Shown here: piece by piece, positions 1 through 13,300 of the stretch
How the letters are laid out: each line of letters opens with the position of its first letter
Numbering within the stretch: the first letter of the stretch is position 1
Assembly: GCA_040954595.2 (NCBI GenBank)
Contig: CM082583.2
Location: forward strand, 12,624,987 to 12,688,986
Length of the DNA: 64,000 bases
Direction of reading: 5' to 3'
Source of the DNA: Balanoglossus misakiensis
Taxonomy: Eukaryota > Animalia > Hemichordata
Notes under the pieces: model-generated
The model's input: only the letters and a program-made list of their open reading frames with translations
What the model was told of the DNA's origin: nothing
Databases searched by the model: none
Translations under genes and position numbers: made by a program

Positions 1-1185
1 AATTGAAGTGGAGGGTACTGGCGAGGTCGTCAGGTTTACTTCAACAAAGTCATCGAATAATAAACGTTCCTAACTGAACGACCAGATTTCCAAGTTGTGA
101 GTGCACATTACTGCCGAGTAAAGTGACTATTTATAAATGGTTACAACTTCCAAAAGCGTGACATCTTCACCAGTATTGGTCTACATTGTGATATTGACCA
201 CTGAAATACTTCCATTTATCTAGTACTAACTGTAGTCATGGGACCTGAAGTGACTGCATGGTTACTGTGGCGATTGTAAATTGTGCAAATGTATATCCAT
301 TCAACAATTGTTGCCAAGCAACACAGACCTAGGATTTTGAAATGAGCTTTTGATAAAAGCTGTGTAATTTATGCGAGTATTTGTACAGCTGATAAGCACT
401 CAATGACCAAGTGGTTTTGAAAGAATGTTTCCGGTTTTTATTGGAAACGATTGGTATTTATTGAGAATTTTTTCCTCACTGATGAACTTGTTTGCGAGTC
501 TGCAAGCAGCTGACTGGAGACTGAAAGACACATTCTCCATTAGTCCCTGTGTCTTGTCAGCAAGATCATTTTTTTGTATATTTGAAGCAAGTTAATAAAT
601 GTTCACATGGGGAAAAATGTTCAACCTTTGTCTTCTGCTTCAATTTTTAGCAAGTCCCTGCTCAGATATTAGTTTATGCTTCAACACTTTGGTGATGTGA
701 TTAGGATTTTATTCACGTTGTACTGAAATTGTGCTGTTTCAGTGATGCTTGTACATAATGCACTCTTAGATACGTCAATTTACCATTTAAACTTTTATTG
801 ATGATGATGTAAAAACATTGAAGTGGCATTAGATATGTTTGATCACATTTAATCAAAAGGCAATTGAGTTGTAAAAGTTGACTGGCTGACAATAAATAGA
901 CAAGATGATAATACTGTTTTACAATTGGTAGTTGGAAGATCACATGATATGTAAATTAGTCATTTGCATACAAATAATGCAATCGGAAATTTGTGTCTGT
1001 AATCTATTAAACACAATAACACACAGGATCCACAAAGTTCATTAACATATAAAAAATTGCCACAAAGTGTCATATAACAAAGAATTGCCTTCCTGGCAAG
1101 TCCAAGTTAGACACAGAGTTGTTTTTGACTTCTTGGTACAGCTGTGAACAGGAGTGAATATGCTTGCGATCCAGTCCTGGATAAA

Positions 1186-4116
1186 TTATTTGTCTTTCTT
1201 TGTTTCGAAATCTTCTTCAGCATCTTCACCAATGTCTTCTAATTTGACCCCTCTTTGACCTTCGTCTTCGTTCAGCTCTTCGATCACCACGCCTTTCCTC
1301 AGCTCTCTATCTAACACCTGTTCTGCTCTTCTCTGCTGTGAAGTATCTGTCTGCACTGCCTGTGACGTCTCACCTTCAAATCGGTACTCATCCGCAAAAC
1401 CTCCAGAAGCAGCTGTCAAAAGAAAGATTTGGTTACACAAGATAACAGTGCAGCCTTTATCATGGACATTGAAAGGGAGTTGCTTAGTTACACATCCACA
1501 GACACACATTGAGACACTAGGAAATGTGAGTTACCGTGGAAACACTCACCTTTAAACCAGTTTTCATCTGGCATAAGCATTGCATCACTTGTCATTTTCC
1601 AAAACTGACTGTACATTTCGGCGCATCCCACACCAGCGATCGCCAGGATGAACACAGCAACTCCTTTCCAAAAATAGTTCTGTGGAGAAAAGTACATAAC
1701 AATGATCTAAACTGCGTCATCAAAGTCGTATCAAAATTATGGAAAAGGCAAATTAGCCGCTTGTTTTTGCCACCTACCAGTTCTTATCTACACTCTAGCA
1801 TGAATGAATCTGATTTGTGAGTAATGATGAATGTCGGACATGGAGAACAGACTAACCCAGAGACTTACCACAAGAACACTGTAGGAAGCTAAGTACTCAT
1901 CTACAACTATAAATATAAGGGCTATTATGATGCCGATGGTCACTGCTATCTTGGTGTGCTTGTTTTCTCCTGAAATAAAAGCCATTTATAGTGAGATTAG
2001 TGACTGATGCAAAGGCACTCTGCAGTCACGTCCACTACACGGACGAACCAAGCCTATTAATAAGGTATTCAGATACATCCAATTATTATTAACGGAAGCA
2101 TATCCTCCCTCAAATTATTTTCTTGAGGAAACTTACTCATGTCTCTCTCCTGTTTCTTCTCTTGAGCTTTTTCTAGACCTGTCTTTAACATTTCATCTTC
2201 ATCTGTACAATTGGATATTCCCTCCTGCAAAAATCAAACGTGTTATTTCTAGTTAATATGTGAATGATGATTTACCACAAAATAAACACCAAAACATGAA
2301 GTGTGACACCATACCTCGTATATTTTGATTGCTTCCTCATATTTATCAGCAGCATAATACACTTGACCTTGGCGGTAATAACCCTAAAATATAAAAAAAG
2401 AAAAATAAGAAGAAGGTTTCTATAGAGCTGACAGATATGTTTGCATATATGTGTATATGCCTGGAAGCACAAACAAGATGTGTCATTATGAGCACAACTT
2501 CCATGGCAACCATGAACTAGCAAGATAGTGTGTGAAGAGTTCCACAGTTGGCCTCCATTACTTTTGTGAGCTATCATGAAAATTGCTGGATATTGTGGTT
2601 GGACTTTGGACACATCTCCAATTTTTGTTCAACTCGCTACCCATCAAGTCCCTATCGGTCTATTTCAAGAACATATATTTCAACGCACTGTGGATGAATC
2701 AGCAAATCCCTGACAATACCAGACAAACTACTGTCTATGATGTAACATTATTAATCATCACTCACTAATTGTTGACCCCTGAATTCAAGTCTGGACATGA
2801 CTTGCAGTATTCATAACTATCACTGCCAATTGTACTCCCCGAAGCTTATAGAAATACAAAATTTACAAGACAAAAAATCTGAGGAAATTTTTTTCTTTTC
2901 TTTCTAGCCTTTTAATATGGAACCTTTACAGTGGACATATAAACATGACTATGATTATTGCCACTGGTACATGTAATTGATTATTACCTTTGACCACTCT
3001 GGTTGTAGCTTGACGGCTCGTTTGGCATCCTCAAGCGCTAGAAAGTGTTGTGCTAGTTTCAGGAAACACAGAGATCTGTTTGTGAGTACGGAAGCGTCAT
3101 TCGAATCTAACTTGATAGATTCTGTAAAATGGATGATGGCCTGGTAATACTGCTTGCGTTTGGCAGCTGTGTTTCCCCTCACCCTGGCTTCTGTAGCTTT
3201 TTCTTTCCTCTGTAAAATTTAAAAAGTTACTTGTATTTAGAAGAAAAAAATGATGTCAGACAAGTGACCTAGTGTCTGATCAGACAGATCTTCTGTAATG
3301 TTTGACAATCCCTTACAAAAATATCCTATAGATTCCTATCAGATATTGTCCTATAAGAATCCTATAGGATAATCTTATTGGATTTTGGCACTTTTTCACA
3401 AATTGATACATAAAAACTAACTGTACAAACACAACAAGTATTTTAAACATTAGGAAAAAGTTCAATGTGTACAGTGTATTGAGCTGGTAATGTTTAACAT
3501 CTAAGTCAACAGTGGGACTATACATGTAAGACGTTTTGTCAAGAAACCAGCATATAAGTAATAGGTCAAAGGTCAGTCTGGGTCAGTGAAGTACAGTATG
3601 CGAATTAATGACTGTATTTGTTTGAAGAAGGCTCTTTCTGCTGAAACCATCATGTATTTATGAATCATTTGGTTGTTTAATGGAGAAAATTCTTCCGACA
3701 ATTCATGGCGTTATCGGGGAGTGAATGTTCGCCCTCGTATTTAAACACGCCCTTTCGCCGCCCATCGCCTTTCCTAGCCTGCGTACGTGTATGCCATCGA
3801 TCGGCGTATAATATCTACGATCGGAGGCAGTACCCACGCACACCGGTTGTTTTCACGACAATCTGAAGGTCTGTGGAACCGTTTGAGATCCACCAAAGTG
3901 CAGATGATCAGTCGCATATCGCACGCAACGCGGCACGGGCGAACTTTACCTCGATGAACTATGTGCACAGTCATACGTGACCGAGCAAGTACGAACGGAA
4001 CTTACACACGCGTCATCTTCGAACAGCGGTGTGATCTCCGCCCCGTTGTCCCATATTAATCGTCAGAGAACGTCCAGTGTTTCTGATTGTCTTTTCATAC
4101 TTACTGACTTTGCCAT
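1186..4116 (-). CDS. TPR-repeat (STI1/Hop-like) protein with two C-terminal transmembrane segments and an acidic tail ending KTKKDK; 7 exons, about 283 aa
   Basis: Exons 4116-4105 (MAKS), 3209-2988 (RGNTAAKRKQYYQAIIHFTESIKLD...NRSLCFLKL...ALEDAKRAVKLQPEWSK), 2383-2315 (GYYRQGQVYY), 2224-2137, 1969-1869 (TM1 IAVTIGIIIALIFIVV), 1679-1550 (TM2 GVAVFILAIAGVGCA), 1412-1186. All junctions are GT-AG and phase-consistent. Confidence 0.85.
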
Positions 4117-4977
4117 GAGTATGTCCTTCTGTGTCAACCACGAAGATGTCAGTCGCCCCTCCTTTCGGTAAAATCACTACAGTGGTGTTTGTTTATTCGG
4201 CCCTTATCCCCGCACGTGTTGCAATGTTGACACCGACGACATGCTGTGACACTGCGCACTGTGTATTACGCACATCTAAGGGGTTAAACCATTATCAAAT
4301 CCGGGAGCCAAGCTGGGGATGGATGGGATGGATTGGGTGGGATAGCCAATTGGGATGCCATGGGGCGTGGAGCTTAGGTTGTAATATGCTTCAAGTTGAT
4401 AATATGCTCGTACTAACAAGAGGGATTGGCACAAATAGTGTCTTTGAAACGTTCTTGGTTTTACCCGATATAAGTTCATCAAATCTCAGAAATTCAGTTG
4501 AGAGATAAAACAAGCACTGCAACAAACAATGCATGGTGATCAAATAAACAAAATCTACACAAAACAACACTTTTCCAAATCTTTTATTGAAATAACTTGA
4601 AAGTACCATCGTGTCGGATTCTGTCCATCTGTCAATGGAAGATGGACGCATCAAATTAGAAATGTTAACAGTAAATTATTTCATTCTTTTTCAGATCTGC
4701 AAACTGTCCATGCATATCAAGGTCCAAACACTCAATGTTTGCATAAAATGCAGGTGCTGTATTTACCACTGCGATCCGATTCCAATCAGGAAAAAAAATA
4801 CATTGATAACTAATTCAATATAATTTCTTCACAATTACAATCTTGTTCCACAACTAACATGTTAATTTACCCTTCAATACTAATTAATTGAATGCTATCA
4901 AACGCATGAACAGAGGATGAAAAATACAACAATGTTTATGTTGACTATCTGGAGGGAAGGTTCAATGAACAGACGGA

Positions 4978-7506
4978 CTACTTCTTCTTGTTGTCATGGT
5001 GTTGGTATTTCTGCAGTTCATTTTTATAGCCGCTGACTTTGGAGCGTTCCTGTTCAAGCGCCGCGTGTAATTCTGTAACCTGAAACAAATTAAAAACAGC
5101 AAATTGTGAGGGCTGATTTTCTCTGAGTCGAATTGAATGAATGCATTAATTATTAAGATGACAATCGGTCTACCTACCTGCTGAGTGAGTTCATCTTTTA
5201 CTGAATTGAGTTCATCCACTTGTTTAAGTATAGCAGCTTTTTCCTTCACTAAAATGCGACAGAAAAAATGGAGGATCAAAAAATGCACTTCGTATAAAAG
5301 GGAAACTGTTATATCCTGATCATCACCCTTTTCTCTAGGAACATTGTGGGTAATCTGAAGTTGATATCCAAATAATTTGGTGGACTTACTCTCTCCTTGC
5401 GCTAGTATAAAGCAGAGTTGTTTGTTTCTTTTCTTGACAGTCTGCAGTTCTGTCTGAAATAAAACAGGAATTCATTCAGATGATTGACACTAAGACTGTG
5501 GATGAATTCAGAGGATCAGCTGGCTACATCTTGCAATAGCTGAGTCATGTACAAATTTAGTTCAGCTTCACATGGAAGAAGTCACTCTAATTGAGATGTC
5601 TCAAGCTGTGAACCAACCCCCAATAATTTTGCAAGTCTATAATAACCATCCTCCTTCGATTGTAATCTAACACCTAAACAACACTGAACACAAACATGAG
5701 TCCTTACTTTATATTTTTCTATAGATTCTTTCAATTCTGCTATTTCAGCATCCTTCTTGTCTAACTCGTCTTCAAACTGTATTTGCCGCACACTTTCAGC
5801 TGCAAATTTCTAAAGGTGAAAAGAGCCAATAGTCTCATTCATTCATGCATATATTAATTTGCATGAGCTGGGTCACATGCATAATTCAAAAGAATTGACA
5901 AATCAATCAATGATTGCATAGGTCTCTTTCTAAATTTCTCAAATGAAACACTGAAGTGAACTGACCTCATTGGCTTTCCTAAATTGATCTCTTTCTTCTT
6001 TATGTACTAGTTTTTCTACATCTTTGTCTAGTTGTTTAAAGAACTGCTCATTTTCTGCTGCTGTTTTCTTGGACTGAAAATAAATGCGCAATCAAGATTA
6101 TATTCACATTATCACGGCGGACATCCAAGAACAGAACAGGCAAGAGTCGGCAAATGTAAAGATCAAGCCAAACATCTGATTTTAAGCACCCACCTTGGCC
6201 ACCTGCGGTTGTGGTATTTGCTCCAGGCCCATACCACTTTGTGGAATACTACTGTGTAATTGCTGCAGTGTCATTGGTTGTGGTTTGTCTTTTTGTAAAT
6301 GTTTTTTCCTCTCCTTTCGGCTGACTTTGTCACTTGAGGTTGTTCCACTTGGCGTCTCCTGCTCTTCGTTTTCATCTTCATAAAACTGCCAAAAAAGAAT
6401 CAAACTATTGATCTACCAATGCTAAGTTTCACATTTGGACCAACCTTATTCTGTTCACAGGTGTGGTTGGATCCACACACTCAAAAACAGGGGTGAATGG
6501 GTCCAGGTGAATTGGTGGCTATTCTGAATATTGATGACCAAATACTCACCGCTTTCTGTTGCTCAAACTCCACCTTGCTCTGCAAGAGTGCTCTCTGTAG
6601 ATCATTTTCAAACTGATCTGTAACAAACTGTTAACACAAAGTTATACTTCATGTGATAAATGGTAGTTCTTTATGAGACAGTATTCACATAATTTAGTGC
6701 TTACCCCTTTGTCTCTATCACTCCACTCTCTCCATTGCACTCCATTTGTTGTTTCACCAGTTGTTTTCCCAGTGTCGTTGGAAAGACTCTCCGAGATTGC
6801 CTGTAATGATGGTGCGGCTGCTACCGGGCCTTGAGACTTGGAGGGGATCTTCGAAAATGCCAGATCTCTCAACTTAGAAAATAAGGCACACACATGTATT
6901 ACACATTGGATTGAAATTGAGTCAGTTCAGACCCAACAACGTAGTCCCAAGTGGAGTTTATGCAGAAGATGATTTCTCCCATGGCCAAGTCTCAAATAAA
7001 GTACATGTACATGTAAAGGAATGTGAACACCCCTAGGTCTATTTCCCATCATGCCTAGTACTGCACATGTGCGAAGTGCTGACTCCACTGAAACTAACAA
7101 TTTGTAGATGTTGACCCATTTTTGTGATTCACGACACACACGTAGGCGTACCATGTATGAATTTCACTTCGATATCCCCATCGTACAAAATATGCACTGA
7201 GGAATAGTATGTTGTCAGCAAAAATCGGTGAAAATACACGAGTTTGACATGTTTGTAAACAATAACAAATCACAAGCTGAAATCTGAATGGTCATCGCCA
7301 GCGTGATCGAGGCTACATTTCTTTACCTGGGCATTTTCTGCCTGTATTTGTTGGTTTTTCTTTTTCTTCCTTGCGCGCCTCTTTGCACTGCTCGATTTTG
7401 CGGCTTTTCCTTCATCTTTCTGCGTTTGGTTTTTCTGGTCGTCGTCGAAGTCATCGATCTCGTCAATGTGGAGTGCAGCAAATCTGGATGCAGTGATCGA
7501 CGCCAT
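4978..7506 (-). CDS. GKAP1: G kinase-anchoring protein 1 orthologue, 9 exons
   Basis: Exons 7506-7327 (SRFAALHID), 6872-6705 (LRDLAF), 6627-6550 (FENDLQRALLQSKVEFE), 6385-6194, 6073-5966, 5809-5708, 5453-5390 (VKKRNKQLCFILAQGE), 5248-5178, 5079-4978 (VTELHAALEQERSKV...*). Motifs match GKAP1 as I recall it. Confidence 0.93.
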
Positions 7507-7984
7507 TTGCAAAATTGCTGATGGGAAATTTTGGGGCGCCCTCAACGGCTATTACTTACGAAAGAAAATCATAGTTTGGCTGATAAAAGATAATCTAATA
7601 ACAGATCACATGGATATCATTTTTAAAATTATTAAAAATTTATTGTGATATTCCACTAAGTGTACAAGTCAAATACTGCTATTAGACTTCTTTCTGTAAA
7701 TAACATATTTCAGTGTGCATTATAGATATTCTACAAATATATAATCTGAAATTTCACTGAAGATATATTCGTGGCTTCTTTTATTAAAGATGCACTATTT
7801 AACCACCCAATTTGGGCCTTTCTGAGAAGTCTCCTTCATTCAGTTTCCCCAATCAGAGTCAGAATCTGAATCCAAGTCCTCTCCACCTCTCAATTCCCAG
7901 AGGCAGACGACTTCAATCCCATTCCTGAGGCAGTTTTGCAGGTTGTGTACATAATAAGTCAGCTCCAAGGCAGTGCAGTGTCCA

Positions 7985-9785
7985 TCAGAAATTTCCCTCC
8001 AAAAGTGACAAGACATGCTCCTCTATGGCATGTTGAACTACAATCAAAACAGATTAAGATGAATTAATTAAGACAATATGCCAATCAAAGTTTTCAGAGT
8101 TCATGAACATCACATCATTGAGGTGAAAATCTCACTATGTATGCAGTTTTGTCTTCCTTTGAGAAGATTCTGATCCCAATTTTGTCACACTCAGATTTCC
8201 CAGCAAATAAAAGCACCTCACCTGTTTGATGCCCCATCGCCATGGCAATGGCCAGCGCAGTGTGACCACTTTCAGTTTCCATCGTCAGATCAGCTCCTTG
8301 CTCCAACAGAAGTTGGACGCACTGAGGATGGTTGTTGTACACAGCATACAGGAATGGTGTCCCACCATTCTGAGAATAAAACAATAGGGGATTTAGAGTA
8401 ATATGCTGAGAGATGGAATAGCCTGATGTTTGCAGTTTCTGTTGATAGATTGATACAAAATCTACCCAGTATCATCAGATTGTCCACGTACCATATCATA
8501 GGTATTCACATCAACTCCTGCTGCTAGAAGTAACCTGACAATCTGCACATTCCCTTGGCTACATGCAAATGCAAGTGCTGTCTCCCCCTCTGTGCTCTGT
8601 ACAGTGGGATCACCACCCTTCTCCAGCAAGTACTCGACTATCGTGGTCTGGTTTTGGCCGCAGGCCCACATCAGCAGCGTGTGGCCATTTTCGTCCTTGA
8701 CATTGACATTGAGCCCACTCTGGACTTTCTCGGCCAGGAAGGTCAGCTCGCCCTGGGCTGCCAGCTGGTGTGGTGTCAATTCTACAACAAATTATAAACA
8801 CGATTACGGTAACGACACAGCACACATGTTTTATTGATCAAGTTACGCCTAAATGAGGGATTTTCTCTCACCTTGTAAAAGAGATGGCGTGGCAGTTTGA
8901 GTGTTTCTTCTTTGTTTATTGGTGTAGGTCGTTGGTTGCTGGGTAACAGAAATGAAAATATATGTCATCACATCAGTAGTATTTCCATGACAGGCCAGTG
9001 AAGTCAAAGTCAAGGACATTGAGTTAATACTGTACCTTCATGGGTGAGTAACTAGATTTGGACGAGGATGAGGTGCTGCTACAAACTCTCTTCAGCGTTG
9101 GAGTGGGTGATTTCAGTCTGCCATCTGAAAAGAGAATTAACAGTCACTGAAATAAATAATATCTGAAGATTTCTCAAGATTTCCCAACAGTCTCATTAAT
9201 GATTTGATCATTAGCATGGGCTGATAACCAATGTAACCCCCTGGCATATTGATTCGTCAAGAATCGTCAAGGTATACTGGAATGTTCTAGGAGAGTCACC
9301 CTCTGGACATTTTACACACCAGACACTTCCCCCCAACCCTTATCACTAACAGACTGATAGAAGGGAATCATCCAGGGGGTAACCATCCTAAATCCTCATG
9401 CAGTACAGAATAGTGTATTGCCAATACCTGGAAACAAAACTGACGCCACTTCCAAGTCAGGGCTGACGGAATCCCCCTCCCCGTCGCCATGGTAGCCATC
9501 TTCATTGAGCGACTTGAGAAGACTGGAGCACATTGCCACATTGGGTTGCAGCATGCTGGTTGTGCACACCACCGTGTTACTCTGCGAATTCGCCACGGCA
9601 ACCGCCATCCCAGTCTGTGGGTTCTTCACAACACCCAAGCTTTCCCCGATGGCAATGGCCGACAGATTGGTGAGACTGCCTCCATGAGATGATGATGATG
9701 TGGATGCAGGGGTTATATTGTTTGTGGACTCCACACTGTGAAAGGCACTGCCTGCTTGTTCATTTGCATAGTTACTTTCAGCCAT
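7985..9785 (-). CDS. ANKRA2: Ankyrin-repeat protein of the ANKRA2/RFXANK family
   Basis: Ser/Thr-rich N-terminus, then SPMKQPTTYTNKQR, HQLAAQGE, GHTLLMWAC, GETALAFACSQG, NGGTPFLYAVYNNH and last exon VQHAIEEHVLSLL. Spliced exons run from 9785 to the stop at 7987-7985. Likely pro-orthologue of both vertebrate genes. Confidence 0.9.
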
Positions 9786-10160
9786 TTCACTGCATGACTC
9801 ACAGACAGTGCTTTCACATTTTGATGTTCATTTGATGCAGATAGTATTTCTTTCTTTCTTTCTTTCTTTAAGATGCTGCAATAAAGAGGAAAGGGGAGAA
9901 TATTTAACATGAAACCTGAAAATTCTGTGTGCATGTGATATTATTTCGCAGACATTGATACAGTGCCCCCCCCCCCCCCAGTATGTATGCACCAGTGACC
10001 CCCCCCCTCCCTAAGTTACAGGTGTCAATCACCGTGTTCAACAAAACTTCAGTCATTCACTCTCTCAGTAAAATCACCAATCTTTCTTTTGATGAAAATG
10101 AAATGTGACAGGTTTGCTGAAACCAACATTTAGTGATAAACTGCATGTACAAATGTACAT

Positions 10161-10321
10161 CTTACCGGAGCTGGCAACCCGGAAGTAAGGTCGAACTCTC
10201 GCCCAATCTCGTTTAGTTGACCTTTCACACAAGATGGCTGCCCACTATGTTTACTAGTTGCTCGCAAGCACGTGGTCAAACTCTGAAAACAGATACAGTA
10301 AGCAACCGAGCACTTTTCGAA
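10161..10321. promoter_or_regulatory. Compact bidirectional promoter shared by ANKRA2/RFXANK and NOL6
   Basis: A minus-strand splice donor (cttac 10161-10165) lies about 160 bp from the NOL6 ATG (10322). The interval has an ETS motif CCGGAAGT (about 10179) and a YY1-like AAGATGGCTGCC (10231). Confidence 0.7.
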
Positions 10322-13300
10322 ATGAGGAGACAGAGGAATGGTGAAGACGATCTGTCTAGCAACATTTCTGAGGTAGGATAACGCTTTGTCAATGTACAGC
10401 ACAGCTTATGTGTTCGAGTTTTGTTCAATCAATCATGGATCAAGGCTTCAAGCTGGAGGTTGACTTCTTTAATCCTGTCACAATTTCAGAGTTCAGATTT
10501 AAGCGACAGCGAGCACACAGCCACAGTCGACCATGAAAATGGCCAGACAGTTGAGCCAGCCACCAAGAAGAAACGACTGACCAAAGGGGAGCTGTACAAA
10601 CCACCAACAAACGAAGAGCTTGCCTCGCTGAAAGAGACAGAAACTTTGTACCAATCCAACCTCTTCAGTTTGCAAATTGGTGAACTCATCTCTGAAGTCC
10701 AACCAATTGAAAAGAAAAGCAAAGCTCTGGAGAAAGTGATAGAATCGTTTCAAGGGTTTCTGGACAAGTTGCCAGCCACTCAAAAGTATCAAGTAAGTGT
10801 CAACTGCAACACAAATGGTAGATTCTGTAACATAAATACTAGTATACACACCTACACCTAGCTGTGGTATGCAGCTGTACCTTGGGGGGGGGGGGGGGGG
10901 GGGGGGCTGATACCCCCCCCCCCCCCCCCAACGGTACAGCTGCGTACCACAGCTAACCTACACCCAGATGCCCATTTGGTGCATTACATAATATAAATTC
11001 TACCGTAATCAAAATGGGCGTATAGTTTTGTTGATGCTATTTTTCTTTTTTCTCTTGAAACATCTCAGATCACTGATCAGTCATGGTTGCCAGAATCTAT
11101 CAAGGTTCCTATAATTCAGGAGCCATATGAGACCAAAGGAATGTTTCTGTTTGAAAAACCATCTTCAGTGAATGTTGTAGGAAGTTATGTGCTTGGAACC
11201 TGCACAATACCAAGGACACACGTTGATGTTGCCATAGAGATGCCTAAGGTGCGTGTCGGATGAAAGCAATCATGGGGATTTTGTCAACATCTGCAAGCAA
11301 CTTGAGAAAAGTGAATGATGCAGTGAAATATGAGAACATGTGGAATCCAAGAACACGAAAATTAATCGTCACGTACTGTTTGATATTGCGAAAATGTCCT
11401 GTACATTATGACCATATTCTGATAACGCCTGGTTTGTCTCACCCATGATTCTCCATTTATTGTGAACTATTTTCAGGTTTGTCTTCACGAAAAAGATTAC
11501 TTGAACTTCAGGTACCTCAGGAAACGTGCCCTGTACCTCGCTTACATAGCTTGGCAGGTTCAAAGTTCAAAGTTCATGGAGGAAGTCAAATATTCTTACA
11601 TGGATGGAGATTATTTCAAACCTGTTCTTCTTCTCAGACCATCAGGTAAGACAAACATTCAGTAGACTTTGACTCAGTGCTGGAATCCATGTTGACTAAT
11701 CTAACAGTGTGGCTATTTTATGCTCCTTTCTAGGAAAAATTGGTAAGCTGTTTTGCATTCGTCTTCATGTCATTCTGCCAGAAGACTTCTGTAAACTGAA
11801 CAGATTCCATCCGGATAAGAACAATGTGAGACCAGAGTGGCTTACTGAAGGAAAGACAAAACAAACAGAGGGTAAGTCATATTTTAGTATTTTTTCAACT
11901 TAGAAATTTTCATTAATAAAGGCAAGCCCATGCTTACAATTATTTTATCGCTTTGTTTCCATCTGCTTTATACAGACTTACCAACACCACACTACAACAA
12001 TTCAGTTGCCATGGATTTTACGCTGACTGAACATCATCGTGAGCTGCAAAAGATATGTCAGTATGTTGGAATGAAACATGGCATTGTGTTACTCAAAGTG
12101 TGGCTCCACCAACGACAACTGGAGAAGGTACGTGTCACTTTACTCATAGATTTTCAATTTATATTTTTGAAGTTTTTAGAAATTTGATGTCCAATTGATT
12201 CTGTGCTCTTAAATATTTATATGATTTGTGTTGTAGGGTTGCTATGGTTTTACTGGATTTATTATGTCTATGCTGGTCGCATACTTGGTGTCGATAAGAA
12301 AACTGAACCGTCTGATGAGTGCATACCAAGTAATGAAGAACACTCTCCATTATATTGGTAAGACTATGGTCATTGTGTGGTGTTTGTAGATAATTAATAT
12401 TGCAAAGTGTAGTTGGAAGTTGCCAAGACCAAACTTCAAAATATCTTTTATAGTCGTGATCTGTTATTTGCAGCAAACACTGATTGGACGACAGAGGGCA
12501 TATCACTATGTACAGACCACAGTGACAGAAATCAACCAATCACAGCAGACTTCCATAAATATTATGATGTCATATTTGTGGATTCTACTGGATATGTCAA
12601 TTTGTGTGCAAACGTAACAAAATTAACATATGCTCAGGTAAGAAAATATGCCTCATATACAGATACATTCATGAATTAGACTTCTGAATGCAGGAATATA
12701 ATTTGAGTGTCATTGGCCATGGTTTCTGTCAGTTTCAAGCTTTAAAAATCACACAAGAAAACACGCCTTTGATCAGTGCAAAGTTTAATGGTTTGTTTTA
12801 ATTCTCATTCCGAACACCACACAGGTGAAACATGAAGCCAGATTGTCCCTGGAGAATATCCAGACATTGTCTGCTGTCGACAGTTTCAACTCTCTCTTCA
12901 TGACCCCAGCTCCTTTTCTTAGGAAGTTCGACCACGTCTTCCAGTAAGTACCAAATGTAGGGTGCAATTTTAATGTTTCTTGCCAGGAAGTGCCGATAAC
13001 CACACAAACATCAGAATCTATTGTATTGTTCACCCATGAACAAGGAGAGAAACACTATCTTTAAAATGCACCTCACACTGTACATGATTGACTAGTTCAA
13101 ATCAAGTGCAGATAGTTGAATGACATCTCTGGGTTCATTTTCCACACCAACCAGCATATCCAGACTGCCAGTTCTGAAATCTGCAGTTGTGAAGTTTGAT
13201 GATGAAGACAGGTTGATTGACTATGGTGGTAACTACGTCACAGCTGTTCTGCCGTCACTCGGCGAGGTGTTAGAAAAGGGTCTCGGTAAACGTGTCAAGA

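Noticed and set aside
4006-4116. In-frame TGA in a longer first exon of the TPR gene (possible selenocysteine)
   Set aside because: A strong donor (TCA/gtaagt at 4105) splices in frame before the TGA, and I saw no SECIS.
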